From the NCBI GenBank assembly GCA_910584845.1, contig CAJUDH010000004.1:131734-195733 (forward strand): a DNA stretch of 64,000 nt, written 5' to 3'. This stretch comes from an uncultured Lachnospiraceae bacterium. Lineage in GTDB: Bacteria; Bacillota; Clostridia; Lachnospirales; Lachnospiraceae. Below the pieces are notes generated by a model. The model was not told where the DNA came from. It saw nothing but the letters and a program-made list of their open reading frames with translations, and made no database searches. This document shows positions 32,601-40,577 of the stretch, one piece after another. The first letter of the stretch is position 1, and each line of letters starts with the position of its first letter. The position numbers and the translations under genes were made by a program.

Positions 32601-32656
32601 CCCGGGACCTGCAGATGCTGGAGGGCGACGGGGCCATCGCCAGCCTGGTACAATAA
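29603..32656 (+). CDS. Ser/Thr (Hanks) kinase + linker + TM + ~20-22 leucine-rich repeats (receptor-like kinase)
   Basis: GAGGFG, VAVKE, HRDISPDN, DFG, YTPEEQY, DVYAL; KKKKRRR then a hydrophobic TM; 22-aa internalin-type repeats L.L..NQI.DI.PL. Confidence 0.92.
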   Translation: MDEKGLAGPVLKEGDVLNGKYTVECLIGAGGFGRTYRMRDNLLNIPVAVKELTNAAQKDKNQFLEEARAMARFSQNQGIVDVRDFFEANGTAYLVMEYLDGMDLCEYVETQGPFSMDEALEMLGPIMEALAAVHRQGYIHRDISPDNIRTTHDGQVKLLDFGAAREISGDGRTVTVLLKKGYTPEEQYRGRQYQGPWSDVYALSGVFYYCITGKAPTDCIQRLFHDDLKAPSQLGARINRIQEAALMKGLALRADGRYGSMEEYQAALFSGGEAGKQEAPTKQEAPTNGISGGADSGEPGGSVSADDIWGQIEARKAGGANTEGGQGQTQKGAGAKGAGQAARPRQEEKGAGPVPGKKKKRRRIFWLPVAAAGMAAGCILLIFMLWPANPYRLPEDKAYSRISEKTVTVKDIKKIGKDKECKDLSLFYCQVSDEAVKAIAGLDSLESLRLQYCSGFTDLTPLAKMPGLKELSVLGDMSAPEVLDGEAWFGEDFPYITQLSLSGYEKMAGTGFLRHFPALESFYLPLEGYDSLEFFNDMDHMRQIEIGADLSGLDLSPIGNCRRLESLRLGGTGIADLSMVQGMEELAVLDVAGCQITDISPLQGCPKLQSLYMDENQIRDVSCLEGKEELHTVCLNQNQIEDIRPLAGLGLWHLELGENRIQDISPLSACGELQYLYLQGNQIRDVSSLAGCRKLESLNLSGNRLENLAGCESMIALTSFYAKDNQITDLTGIANSTAIRYLDVSGNQIGDLDALGGGFTSLRGVNISGNQVEDIAVLGTCGELRFFMADHNQIASLAPLKNAPELNLVFADGNRLTDLEGLGGKENLFAVTAYGNQLENIQALSSCPNLLYLDLGQNQIRDIAPFHGLSPNQKGFVFLEHNQIQDFSLFPVDPGYTLLALYGNPAKDLTSISKIEDANSFNDSFYLPYGEYTDYKALGELDMGGALCLVDAPLGEQAAILKQAEESDVSRVKGGIRFAGLEEADKELARRRTEMKEECTRDLQMLEGDGAIASLVQ
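30427..30465 (+). repeat. 18-bp perfect tandem repeat (KQEAPT x2) in the kinase linker
   Basis: AAAACAGGAAGCGCCCAC twice, plus AAA. Confidence 0.9.
30557..30608 (+). repeat. 23/22-bp tandem repeat with G6/G5 tracts in the kinase linker
   Basis: GGGGCAAACACAGAAGGGGGGCA + GGGGCAAACACAGAAGGGGGCA + GGGGCAA. Confidence 0.85.
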
Positions 32657-32703
32657 AAAGGCAATACACAAAGTGTTTTAAAGGCATAAGGGAGGGGAAG
32701 GGC

Positions 32704-34245
32704 ATGGCAGAAACGGTATGCTGGAAGCCGCCAAAATTCCGGGCGCACCGGCTGACGGTATTTAACCGGCAGGGCTATCAACGGGAATATGAGCTGGAAG
32801 GGCGCAAAAGCCTGGGGCGGTTTACTGCCTGCCCCCAGCCGGACATTGTGCTTTCTTCCGGGATTGTGTCCCGCAGCCATGGGGAATTCGGCGTTTTGGA
32901 AGGCCGCTGCTTTTACCGGGACACAGGCAGCAAAAACGGGACTTGGATCCGCGGGCGCAAATATGGGGCTAAAAGCGGCACCTGCGAATTGGCAGACGGC
33001 GACGTGCTGGCTTTTTGCCCCGGCACAGAAGGATACCAGCCCCCGGAAGAGATCCTATTGTTTACCACCGGTGACTTAAAGCCCAGGGAGTGGACGGCGT
33101 TCCCTATTTCCGGCCAGGTGGCGGGGGTTACCGTAGGCCGGCAGGCCGGGGATTTGCCTTTAGGGGAGGAAACGGCTTCCGAAAAGCATGCCGTTTTTTT
33201 CCAGGGGAAGAAGGGATGGTATATCCTGGATTGCAAAAGTAAGAACGGGGTATACTTAAACGGCCAAAAAGTGGAAGGGGATGCCGGCTTGGCCCCGCTG
33301 GATGTGGTCCGTATCGGCGATACGTGGTTTGTATTTACAGAAGAAGCCATCTGGGTGGGCAAAAAGGCTTTGCCGGATTCCATACCTTCCCGTAAACAGC
33401 GCCTTGCCCCAGGCGGGGATGGGACGGGGGGCTGTTTAACGGTTGCCATTGAAGAACGCAACGTATGGCAGCGTTTCAAGAAAAAAACCCTTTTGAAAGA
33501 CATAAACCTTACCATAGCCTGCGGCGACATGGTGCTGGTCCTGGGGGGCTCCGGTGCGGGCAAAACCACATTTATGAACGCCGTTATGGGGTATGAAAAA
33601 GCTGAAGGGTCGGTAGTTTACGGGGGACGGGACGTCTATGAAGAATACAGGCAGATGAAGTATGAGATCGGCTTTGTGCCTCAGCAGGACCTGCTGCGGG
33701 ATACGGACACGGTTTATGAGACATTGAAAAATGCGGCCCGGCTCCGTATGCCTTCCACGGCCAGCAAGGAGACGAGGCTTTTAAGGGTGGAGGAAGTAAT
33801 GGGTCTTTTGGGCCTGAAGCCGGAAAGGGGTTCCCTGGTGTCGAAGCTTTCCGGGGGGCAAAGGAAACGGTTGAGCATCGCCGTGGAATTTATCAGTGGC
33901 CCTCAGCTGTTTTTCCTGGACGAGCCGGATTCCGGCCTGGACGGGGTCATGGCCAGGGGGTTAATGGAAAATTTAAGGCAAATTGCAGACACAGGGAAAA
34001 TCGTTATGGTGATTACCCATGGTCCGGACCGGGCGGCGGATTTGTTCCACAAAGTGGTGGTGCTGGCCAAAAGCACGAAAGACCAGTCGGGCCATCTGGC
34101 TTTTTTCGGGACCGTGGAGGAAGCCTATGGATTTTTTGGCACGGACAGCTTAGAAGGGGTAGTCAGAAGGATCAACCGGACCGATGAAGGCGGTGAGGGG
34201 AAAGCCGACCAATACATCGAAAAATACCGGCTTCAAAACCAATAG
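32704..34245 (+). CDS. Double-FHA-domain ABC transporter ATPase
   Basis: FHA1 LGR..VSRSHG..DTGSKNGT; FHA2 VGR..ASEKHA..DCKSKNGV; Walker A GGSGAGKTT, LSGGQ, LDEP, ITH. Confidence 0.92.
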   Translation: MAETVCWKPPKFRAHRLTVFNRQGYQREYELEGRKSLGRFTACPQPDIVLSSGIVSRSHGEFGVLEGRCFYRDTGSKNGTWIRGRKYGAKSGTCELADGDVLAFCPGTEGYQPPEEILLFTTGDLKPREWTAFPISGQVAGVTVGRQAGDLPLGEETASEKHAVFFQGKKGWYILDCKSKNGVYLNGQKVEGDAGLAPLDVVRIGDTWFVFTEEAIWVGKKALPDSIPSRKQRLAPGGDGTGGCLTVAIEERNVWQRFKKKTLLKDINLTIACGDMVLVLGGSGAGKTTFMNAVMGYEKAEGSVVYGGRDVYEEYRQMKYEIGFVPQQDLLRDTDTVYETLKNAARLRMPSTASKETRLLRVEEVMGLLGLKPERGSLVSKLSGGQRKRLSIAVEFISGPQLFFLDEPDSGLDGVMARGLMENLRQIADTGKIVMVITHGPDRAADLFHKVVVLAKSTKDQSGHLAFFGTVEEAYGFFGTDSLEGVVRRINRTDEGGEGKADQYIEKYRLQNQ

Positions 34246-34310
34246 GCAACATCACAAAAAAGCCGGTCCGCCTGGATGGGCAAGCCGGCGGGGCGGTTGC
34301 GGGAGGGCGT

Positions 34311-35114
34311 ATGGAAGATAAGCATATATCCCGGTTTGGGCAGGTTTCCGTCTATGTGAGGACATTTTTCCGGCTTTTTTGTAACGAAAAGCGGTGGAAA
34401 ACTTTCATTAGCGCGGCCCTGATTATTTTTATGATCTCTATGGTAACGGAAAAAGGTATGTTCCATGAATTTTCCGATACGAAGAGCGGCGGTTTCGCCT
34501 TGGTAAGCGCCAGCATCTGGATTGGGATTTTTAATTCCCTGCGGCTGGTTTGCCGGGAAAGGGCGATTTTAAAAAGGGAGCACCGGGTAGGGCTCCATAT
34601 GTCTTCTTACATGGCGGCGCATATGGTGTACGGTGCCTTCCTGTGCGGTTTGGAAGCGCTGTTGATTACCGTTTTGGTAGCCCTTGCCAATTTCAAATGG
34701 TTTCCCCGTTGGGGGGTTATGATGCCTGGGGCGCTGGAATATTATATCTCCACTTTCTTGACGGTTTACGCCGCCCACAGCCTGGGGCTGGCGATTTCCG
34801 CAGCGGTGAAGGATGAAAACACGGCCATGGCCGTCATGCCCTTTGCCCTGATCCTGCAACTGATCCTGGCAGGGGCGGTTTTTGAACTGGAAGGCGTTGC
34901 CAAAGCGCTTTCTGCCTTCACGGTCAGCCGATGGGGGCTGGCGGCCATTTGTTCGACTGCCAAAGTGAACGATATGACTTTTTTTGGCGTGGATGATTAT
35001 GCCTCTGATCCGGGCCATTTGCTTTGGATCTGGTTTTTGCTGGCATTTTTTGCCTTAGCCTATGCCGTCGCGGGGACCGTTTTTTTAGAGTTTATCGACA
35101 AGGATAAGCGCTGA
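34311..35114 (+). CDS. ABC-2 type exporter permease
   Basis: IWIGIFNS...RERAILKREH, GLAISA, Q.ILAG..F, SRWG; about six TMs. Confidence 0.88.
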   Translation: MEDKHISRFGQVSVYVRTFFRLFCNEKRWKTFISAALIIFMISMVTEKGMFHEFSDTKSGGFALVSASIWIGIFNSLRLVCRERAILKREHRVGLHMSSYMAAHMVYGAFLCGLEALLITVLVALANFKWFPRWGVMMPGALEYYISTFLTVYAAHSLGLAISAAVKDENTAMAVMPFALILQLILAGAVFELEGVAKALSAFTVSRWGLAAICSTAKVNDMTFFGVDDYASDPGHLLWIWFLLAFFALAYAVAGTVFLEFIDKDKR

Positions 35115-35136
35115 CTGCCTGCCCGTCCGGAAAACG

Positions 35137-35165
35137 GCATAATCCCGCCGGGGCCGGAATAGGAT
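35137..35165 (+). promoter_or_regulatory. Possible sporulation sigma-E-type promoter of the dac gene
   Basis: gCATA-16 bp-AATAGGAT; weak match, and dacB-type genes are sigma-E controlled in Bacillus. Confidence 0.25.
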
Positions 35166-35192
35166 AGAATAATTCCGTGCGGGGGTAGGGAA

Positions 35193-36548
35193 ATGGCAAA
35201 ACAGAACCGGATATACGGGCTGATGGTGGGGGCTACCATTGGCTTGGCTTTTTGGGGGTGCATGGGGATTGGAAGAGGCAGGGCGGAAAGGGACGAAGCG
35301 GTTTTTGCCGCCAGCCCGGCCATAGTAGAACCAGCGCCCGGACAAGGCGGGGGGGATGTAGGGGCAGGAGGGGCAAAAGAGGAAGCCCCTTTGGAACTCC
35401 ATGCCCTTTCTGCGGTGCTTATGGACGGGGATACGGGCCGCATCCTGTATGAAAAACAAGGGGATACTTTCCGCCCCATGGCCAGCACCACGAAAATTAT
35501 GACCTGCATCTTAGCTCTGGAAAACGGCAACTTGTCGGACATCTGCACCGTTTCCCCAAAAGCGGCGGCCCAGCCCAAGGTTCACCTTGGGGCGGCCAAG
35601 GGGACGCAGTTTTATTTGAAAGACCTGCTTTATTCGTTGATGCTGGAGTCCCACAACGATTCGGCGGTTATTATTGCCGAGCATTTAGGCGGCAGCGTGG
35701 AGGGGTTTGCCGCCATGATGAACCAGAAGGCAAAAGAGTTAGGCTGCGGGGGCACCTGCTTTGTGACCCCTAATGGCCTGGATGCAACTTATACGGCACC
35801 TGACGGAAAAGAATATACCCATGGGACCACAGCCAAGGAACTGGCGGCCATTATGCGCTACTGTGTGGCCCAATCGCCGAAGCGGGAGGAATTTTTGGCA
35901 ATCACCCAGGCTTCCAGCCATGAATTTACCGATATAGGGGGGAAACATTCTTATTCCTGCATGAACCACAATGCGTTCTTGTCCATGATGGACGGGGTTT
36001 TAAGCGGAAAAACCGGTTTTACCAACGGGGCGGGGTATTCCTATGTGGCGGCTATGGAAGACGAAGGCCGCACCTTTGTGCTGGCCTTGCTGGGAAGCGG
36101 CTGGCCTCCCCACAAAACTTATAAATGGTCGGACGCCAAAAGCTTGTTTTGCTACGGGAAAAACCGTTACCATTATAAGGATGTTTACCGGGAACCCCGG
36201 CTGGAACCCGTGCTGGTGAGGGACGGGGCCTTGCGCCAGGAAAGGGGAGGGAAGCGGCGGGTGCATCTAGGCGCCCCTGTGCGGGTGGATTTGACTACGG
36301 GCCTTCCGGAATCCGGTCAGCACCTGGAACTTTTGCTGGCCGAGGATGAGCAGGTGGAGTGCAGGGTGGAAGCCCCGGGCAGTTTAGACGCGCCTGTAAA
36401 GGAAGGGCAGGACGTGGGGCGTATGGATTACTTGTTAGACGGGGAAATCATACAAAGTTACCCTCTGTATGCCGGCCAGGACGTGGGGCGCATGGATTTC
36501 CCTTATTGTTTTTGGCAGGTTTGGTACCGGTATGCCCTGTGGCCGTAA
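35193..36548 (+). CDS. D-alanyl-D-alanine carboxypeptidase (peptidase S11, DacB/DacF-like)
   Basis: ASTTK (SxxK), SHN (SxN), KTG; C-terminal PBP5-like APVKEGQ.VG. Confidence 0.92.
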   Translation: MAKQNRIYGLMVGATIGLAFWGCMGIGRGRAERDEAVFAASPAIVEPAPGQGGGDVGAGGAKEEAPLELHALSAVLMDGDTGRILYEKQGDTFRPMASTTKIMTCILALENGNLSDICTVSPKAAAQPKVHLGAAKGTQFYLKDLLYSLMLESHNDSAVIIAEHLGGSVEGFAAMMNQKAKELGCGGTCFVTPNGLDATYTAPDGKEYTHGTTAKELAAIMRYCVAQSPKREEFLAITQASSHEFTDIGGKHSYSCMNHNAFLSMMDGVLSGKTGFTNGAGYSYVAAMEDEGRTFVLALLGSGWPPHKTYKWSDAKSLFCYGKNRYHYKDVYREPRLEPVLVRDGALRQERGGKRRVHLGAPVRVDLTTGLPESGQHLELLLAEDEQVECRVEAPGSLDAPVKEGQDVGRMDYLLDGEIIQSYPLYAGQDVGRMDFPYCFWQVWYRYALWP

Positions 36549-36587
36549 AGAAAACTTAAAGAAAAAGAAAAAAATAGTAAAAACCGC

Positions 36588-36616
36588 TTGAATTTTGTCC
36601 TTGGCCATTATACAAT
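36588..36616 (+). promoter_or_regulatory. Sigma-A-like promoter of the decarboxylase operon
   Basis: TTGAAT-17 bp-TACAAT with an A-rich UP element. Confidence 0.5.
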
Positions 36617-36715
36617 TATAATCGGCAGAAATTGGAGTTACTATGAGATGTTTCGACAAAGATTTAACAATCTTTGCTGGGGCATCGTGACTATTTTAAG
36701 ATGGAGGATTGCAAA

Positions 36716-38170
36716 ATGAGTAATTCAGCACAAACATCAGCAAGTGGCAGAATCAGCGCATTACTTGATGAGAACAGTTTTGTTGAAGTGGGCTCTTACG
36801 TTACGGCGAGAAGCACCGATTTCAACATGGCTGACAAGGAAACTCCTGCCGATGGCGTAATCACCGGTTACGGTACCATTGACGGGAACCTTGTGTACGT
36901 GTACAGCCAGGATGCCAGTGTGTTGGGCGGTTCCATGGGTGAGATGCACGCCAAAAAGATTTCCAACATTTATTCCATGGCGATGAAGATGGGGGCGCCT
37001 GTGGTCGGCTTGATCGACTGTGCCGGATTGCGCCTTCAGGAAGCCACGGATGCGCTGAACGGCTTCGGGCAGATGTATTTAAGCCAGGCCCTGGCCTCCG
37101 GCGTGATCCCGCAGATTGCCGCCGTATTCGGTACTTGCGGAGGCGGGATGGCAGTGTCTTCGGCTTTGGCGGATTTTATTTTTATGGAAGAGAAGAAGGC
37201 AAAGCTGTTTGTTAATTCTCCCAATGCCATTGAAGGCAACCGCGTAGAAAAGTGCGATACCTCCAGTGCAGCGTTCCAGAGCGGCGATACGGGCCTGGTG
37301 GATTTCGTAGGCGACGAGGCCGGTATTTTGAACCAGGTCCGAAGCCTGGTATCCATCCTTCCTGCCAACAATGAGGATGATATGTCCTATGGCGGGTGTG
37401 AAGACGATTTGAACCGGGTTTGCGCCGGTTTGGAGAATTGTGCGGGGGCTACGGACATTGCCCTGGCCCAGATTTCCGACAGCGGGTTTTTCCTGGAAGT
37501 GAAAAAGGCTTACGCCCCTTCTATGGTGACCGGCTTTATCCGGCTGAACGGCTCCACCGTAGGCTGTGTGGCCAACCGGACCGTCCTGTTCGGGGAAAAC
37601 GGGGTGAAAGAGGCAGAATATGAGGCAGCCCTTACCGCCCAGGGATGCGAAAAGGCAGCCAAGTTCGTCTCTTTTTGCGACGCGTTCAATATTCCGCTGT
37701 TGACCCTGGTGAACGTCAAAGGGTACAAGGCCAGCAAATGCACCGAGCGTAAGATTGCCAAGGCCGCAGGCCGGCTGACCTACGCCTTTGCCAACGCCAG
37801 CGTCCCCAAGGTGACAGTGGTGGTAGGCGAAGCTTATGGCACCGCGTACCTGGCCATGAACAGCAAATCCATTGGCGCGGATATGGTATATGCGTGGCCG
37901 GATGCCGCCATTGGCATGATGGATCCGTCTGCGGCGGTGAAGATCATGTATGCGGACGAGCTGGCAAAGGCAGACGACGCCCTGGCCTTGATCAACGAAA
38001 AGGCAAACGTTTACCGTGAACTGCAGTCCAGCGCCGTGGCAGCGGCAAAGAGAGGCTATGTAGACGACATCATCGAAGCCTGCGACACCAGGAAACGTGT
38101 GATCGCTGCATTTGAGATGCTGTTTACCAAGAGAGAGGACCGTCCGGACAGAAAACACGGAACGGTCTAG
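36716..38170 (+). CDS. Acyl-CoA carboxyltransferase (methylmalonyl-CoA decarboxylase alpha-like)
   Basis: DGVITGYGTIDG, GGSMGEMHA.KI, FCDAFNIP, C-terminal RKHG. Confidence 0.85.
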   Translation: MSNSAQTSASGRISALLDENSFVEVGSYVTARSTDFNMADKETPADGVITGYGTIDGNLVYVYSQDASVLGGSMGEMHAKKISNIYSMAMKMGAPVVGLIDCAGLRLQEATDALNGFGQMYLSQALASGVIPQIAAVFGTCGGGMAVSSALADFIFMEEKKAKLFVNSPNAIEGNRVEKCDTSSAAFQSGDTGLVDFVGDEAGILNQVRSLVSILPANNEDDMSYGGCEDDLNRVCAGLENCAGATDIALAQISDSGFFLEVKKAYAPSMVTGFIRLNGSTVGCVANRTVLFGENGVKEAEYEAALTAQGCEKAAKFVSFCDAFNIPLLTLVNVKGYKASKCTERKIAKAAGRLTYAFANASVPKVTVVVGEAYGTAYLAMNSKSIGADMVYAWPDAAIGMMDPSAAVKIMYADELAKADDALALINEKANVYRELQSSAVAAAKRGYVDDIIEACDTRKRVIAAFEMLFTKREDRPDRKHGTV

Positions 38171-38187
38171 AATGAGGTGACGTGTAT

Positions 38188-38946
38188 ATGAAACTGAGAA
38201 TAAGACGATTAATGCTGCTGCTGTGCGTGGCGGCGTGTTTCCTTTCCCTGTCCGCCTGCACTTCCCAGGAAACGGCCAAAGAAGAGCTGGACCCGTCCAT
38301 TTCCGCTGTCTTAGACGCCCAGACTGCGGCCTGGATGCAGGAGATTGTCAAATTGAATGCCGAGGAAGCAGAGCAGCAGGAAGCGGTTTTGGTTAAAAGA
38401 AGGCAAAACGCACTGGCTTCTGCTATCGCTTCCTGGAAAAGCGTAATGAAGGATACCGGAAATTTTGTAGAAACGGTTTCCACAAAATCCGAGGAGACGG
38501 ATGATGGGAATTATACTACCACAATAACGGCTACCTTTGACAAACGGCAAGTGGAAGTGAAAGCTTTTTACAGTATGGAAGGGGAACTGACTTCCCTGTC
38601 CTTCAGCCCGGAATACACGACTGCCGAGAAAATGTCCAAGGCACTGATGAACACCGTCATGGGTATGGGCACAGTGTTCCTGGTATTGATTTTCATTTGC
38701 CTGATTATCAGCTGCTTTAAATTCATCAATGTGTTTGGCAGCAAAGGAAAAACGGCCCCTGTGCCTGCCGCTCCTGTGGCGGCGGCCCCCGCACCTGTGG
38801 CAGAGGCGGAAGAAGGGCTGGCAGACGACCTGGAGCTGGTAGCGGTTATTACGGCGGCCATTGCGGCGGCTACCGGTTCGTCAAGCGACGGCCTGGTGGT
38901 GCGTTCCATTAAACGTAAAGCCGGCGCCAAGTGGAAAAGAGCATAA
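38188..38946 (+). CDS. OadG/delta-type subunit of a Na+-translocating decarboxylase, with N-terminal lipoprotein-like extension
   Basis: Lipobox LSLSAC; TV.GMGTVFLVL; Pro/Ala linker; ELVAVITAAIAA...VVRSI. Confidence 0.82.
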   Translation: MKLRIRRLMLLLCVAACFLSLSACTSQETAKEELDPSISAVLDAQTAAWMQEIVKLNAEEAEQQEAVLVKRRQNALASAIASWKSVMKDTGNFVETVSTKSEETDDGNYTTTITATFDKRQVEVKAFYSMEGELTSLSFSPEYTTAEKMSKALMNTVMGMGTVFLVLIFICLIISCFKFINVFGSKGKTAPVPAAPVAAAPAPVAEAEEGLADDLELVAVITAAIAAATGSSSDGLVVRSIKRKAGAKWKRA

Positions 38947-38967
38947 ACGAATAGGAGGATTCTTATC

Positions 38968-39336
38968 ATGAAAAATTATACAATTACGGTAAATGGCAAC
39001 GTCTATGAAGTGACGGTGGAAGAAGGCGCTTCTACTGGCGCAGCCCCCGCACCCGCGGCCCCCAAGGCAGTCCCGAAAGCAGCCCCCAAGGCCGCAGCCC
39101 CGGTCCAGGCCGGCCAGGCCGGTTCCGTGCAGGTGAGCGCCCCCATGCCGGGAAAGATCCTCGCCGTGAAGGCTTCCGTGGGACAGGCCTTGAAGAAAGG
39201 TGACGTAATTATGGTTTTGGAAGCCATGAAGATGGAAAACGACATTGTGGCGCCTCAGGACGGGGCTGTCGCCAGCATCAATGTGGCGGTGGGCGATTCC
39301 GTGGAACCGGGAGCAACCTTGGCCACCATGAACTGA
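38968..39336 (+). CDS. Biotin carboxyl carrier protein
   Basis: Pro/Ala linker, APMPG, EAMKM biotinylation motif. Confidence 0.93.
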   Translation: MKNYTITVNGNVYEVTVEEGASTGAAPAPAAPKAVPKAAPKAAAPVQAGQAGSVQVSAPMPGKILAVKASVGQALKKGDVIMVLEAMKMENDIVAPQDGAVASINVAVGDSVEPGATLATMN

Positions 39337-39373
39337 TCTGCTGACTAATCAAATTCCACATGGAGGGATTAAA

Positions 39374-40522
39374 ATGGATTATATTGCAACAACAATGTCT
39401 AATCTTCTTCAGCAGACAGCATTTTGCAACCTGACCTTAGGCAATTTTGCCATGATCGCCGTGGCATTGTTTTTCCTGCTGCTTGCAATCAAATATGGCT
39501 TTGAACCGCTTCTTCTGGTTCCCATTGCCTTTGGTATGCTGCTTGTCAATATCTATCCGGATATTATGGCAAAGCCTGAAGATATGTCGAATGGCGTGGG
39601 CGGACTGCTGCACTACTTCTTTTTACTGGACGAGTGGAGTATCCTTCCGTCCCTGATTTTCATGGGCGTCGGCGCGATGACCGATTTCGGCCCGCTGATT
39701 GCCAACCCGAAGAGTTTCCTGCTGGGCGCTGCGGCCCAGTTCGGTATTTACGCTGCGTATTTTATGGCAATTTTTATGGGGTTCAATGACAAGGCCGCTG
39801 CCGCCATTTCCATTATCGGCGGCGCAGACGGCCCCACCTCCATTTTCCTGGCAGGCAAATTGGGGCAGACGGAATTTATGGGGCCCATTGCCGTGGCCGC
39901 TTATTCTTACATGGCCCTGGTGCCTATAATCCAGCCGCCGATTATGAAGCTGATGACAACGGAAGCGGAGCGCAAGATCAAGATGGAGCAGCTGCGCCCG
40001 GTTTCTAAGCTGGAAAAGATTTTGTTCCCCATTATCGTCAGTATCGTAGTCTGCCTGATCCTGCCTACCACGGCCCCCCTTGTGGGCATGCTGATGCTGG
40101 GCAACCTGTTTCGGGAGTCCGGTGTGGTAAAACAGCTTCAGGAGACGGCCAGCAACGCATTGATGTACATTGTGGTTATTTTGCTGGGCACTTCCGTGGG
40201 CGCCAGCACCAGCGCAGAGGCCTTTTTGAAGGGGACTACGCTGCAGATCGTGGCCCTTGGCCTGATTGCCTTTGCTTTCGGCACTGCGGCCGGCGTGTTC
40301 TTTGGTAAGGTTATGTGTAAAGTTACCGGCGGAAAGGTGAATCCGCTTATCGGCTCTGCCGGCGTGTCGGCCGTGCCTATGGCCGCCCGGGTTTCCCAGA
40401 AGGTCGGCGCGGAATCTGACCCCACCAATTTCCTGCTTATGCATGCCATGGGCCCCAACGTAGCCGGCGTTATCGGCACAGCCGTGGCGGCCGGAACCTT
40501 CATGGCCATCTTCGGCGTGTAA
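39374..40522 (+). CDS. oadB: Na+-translocating decarboxylase beta subunit
   Basis: EPLLL.PI.FG, GAMTDFGP, IGGADGPT, SAVPMAARV, HAMGPNVAGVIG. Confidence 0.93.
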   Translation: MDYIATTMSNLLQQTAFCNLTLGNFAMIAVALFFLLLAIKYGFEPLLLVPIAFGMLLVNIYPDIMAKPEDMSNGVGGLLHYFFLLDEWSILPSLIFMGVGAMTDFGPLIANPKSFLLGAAAQFGIYAAYFMAIFMGFNDKAAAAISIIGGADGPTSIFLAGKLGQTEFMGPIAVAAYSYMALVPIIQPPIMKLMTTEAERKIKMEQLRPVSKLEKILFPIIVSIVVCLILPTTAPLVGMLMLGNLFRESGVVKQLQETASNALMYIVVILLGTSVGASTSAEAFLKGTTLQIVALGLIAFAFGTAAGVFFGKVMCKVTGGKVNPLIGSAGVSAVPMAARVSQKVGAESDPTNFLLMHAMGPNVAGVIGTAVAAGTFMAIFGV

Positions 40523-40577
40523 GTTATCCCGCTTGCGAATAGACAGAGCGATTGAATAGTTTAGGAGGTAATAGAGA

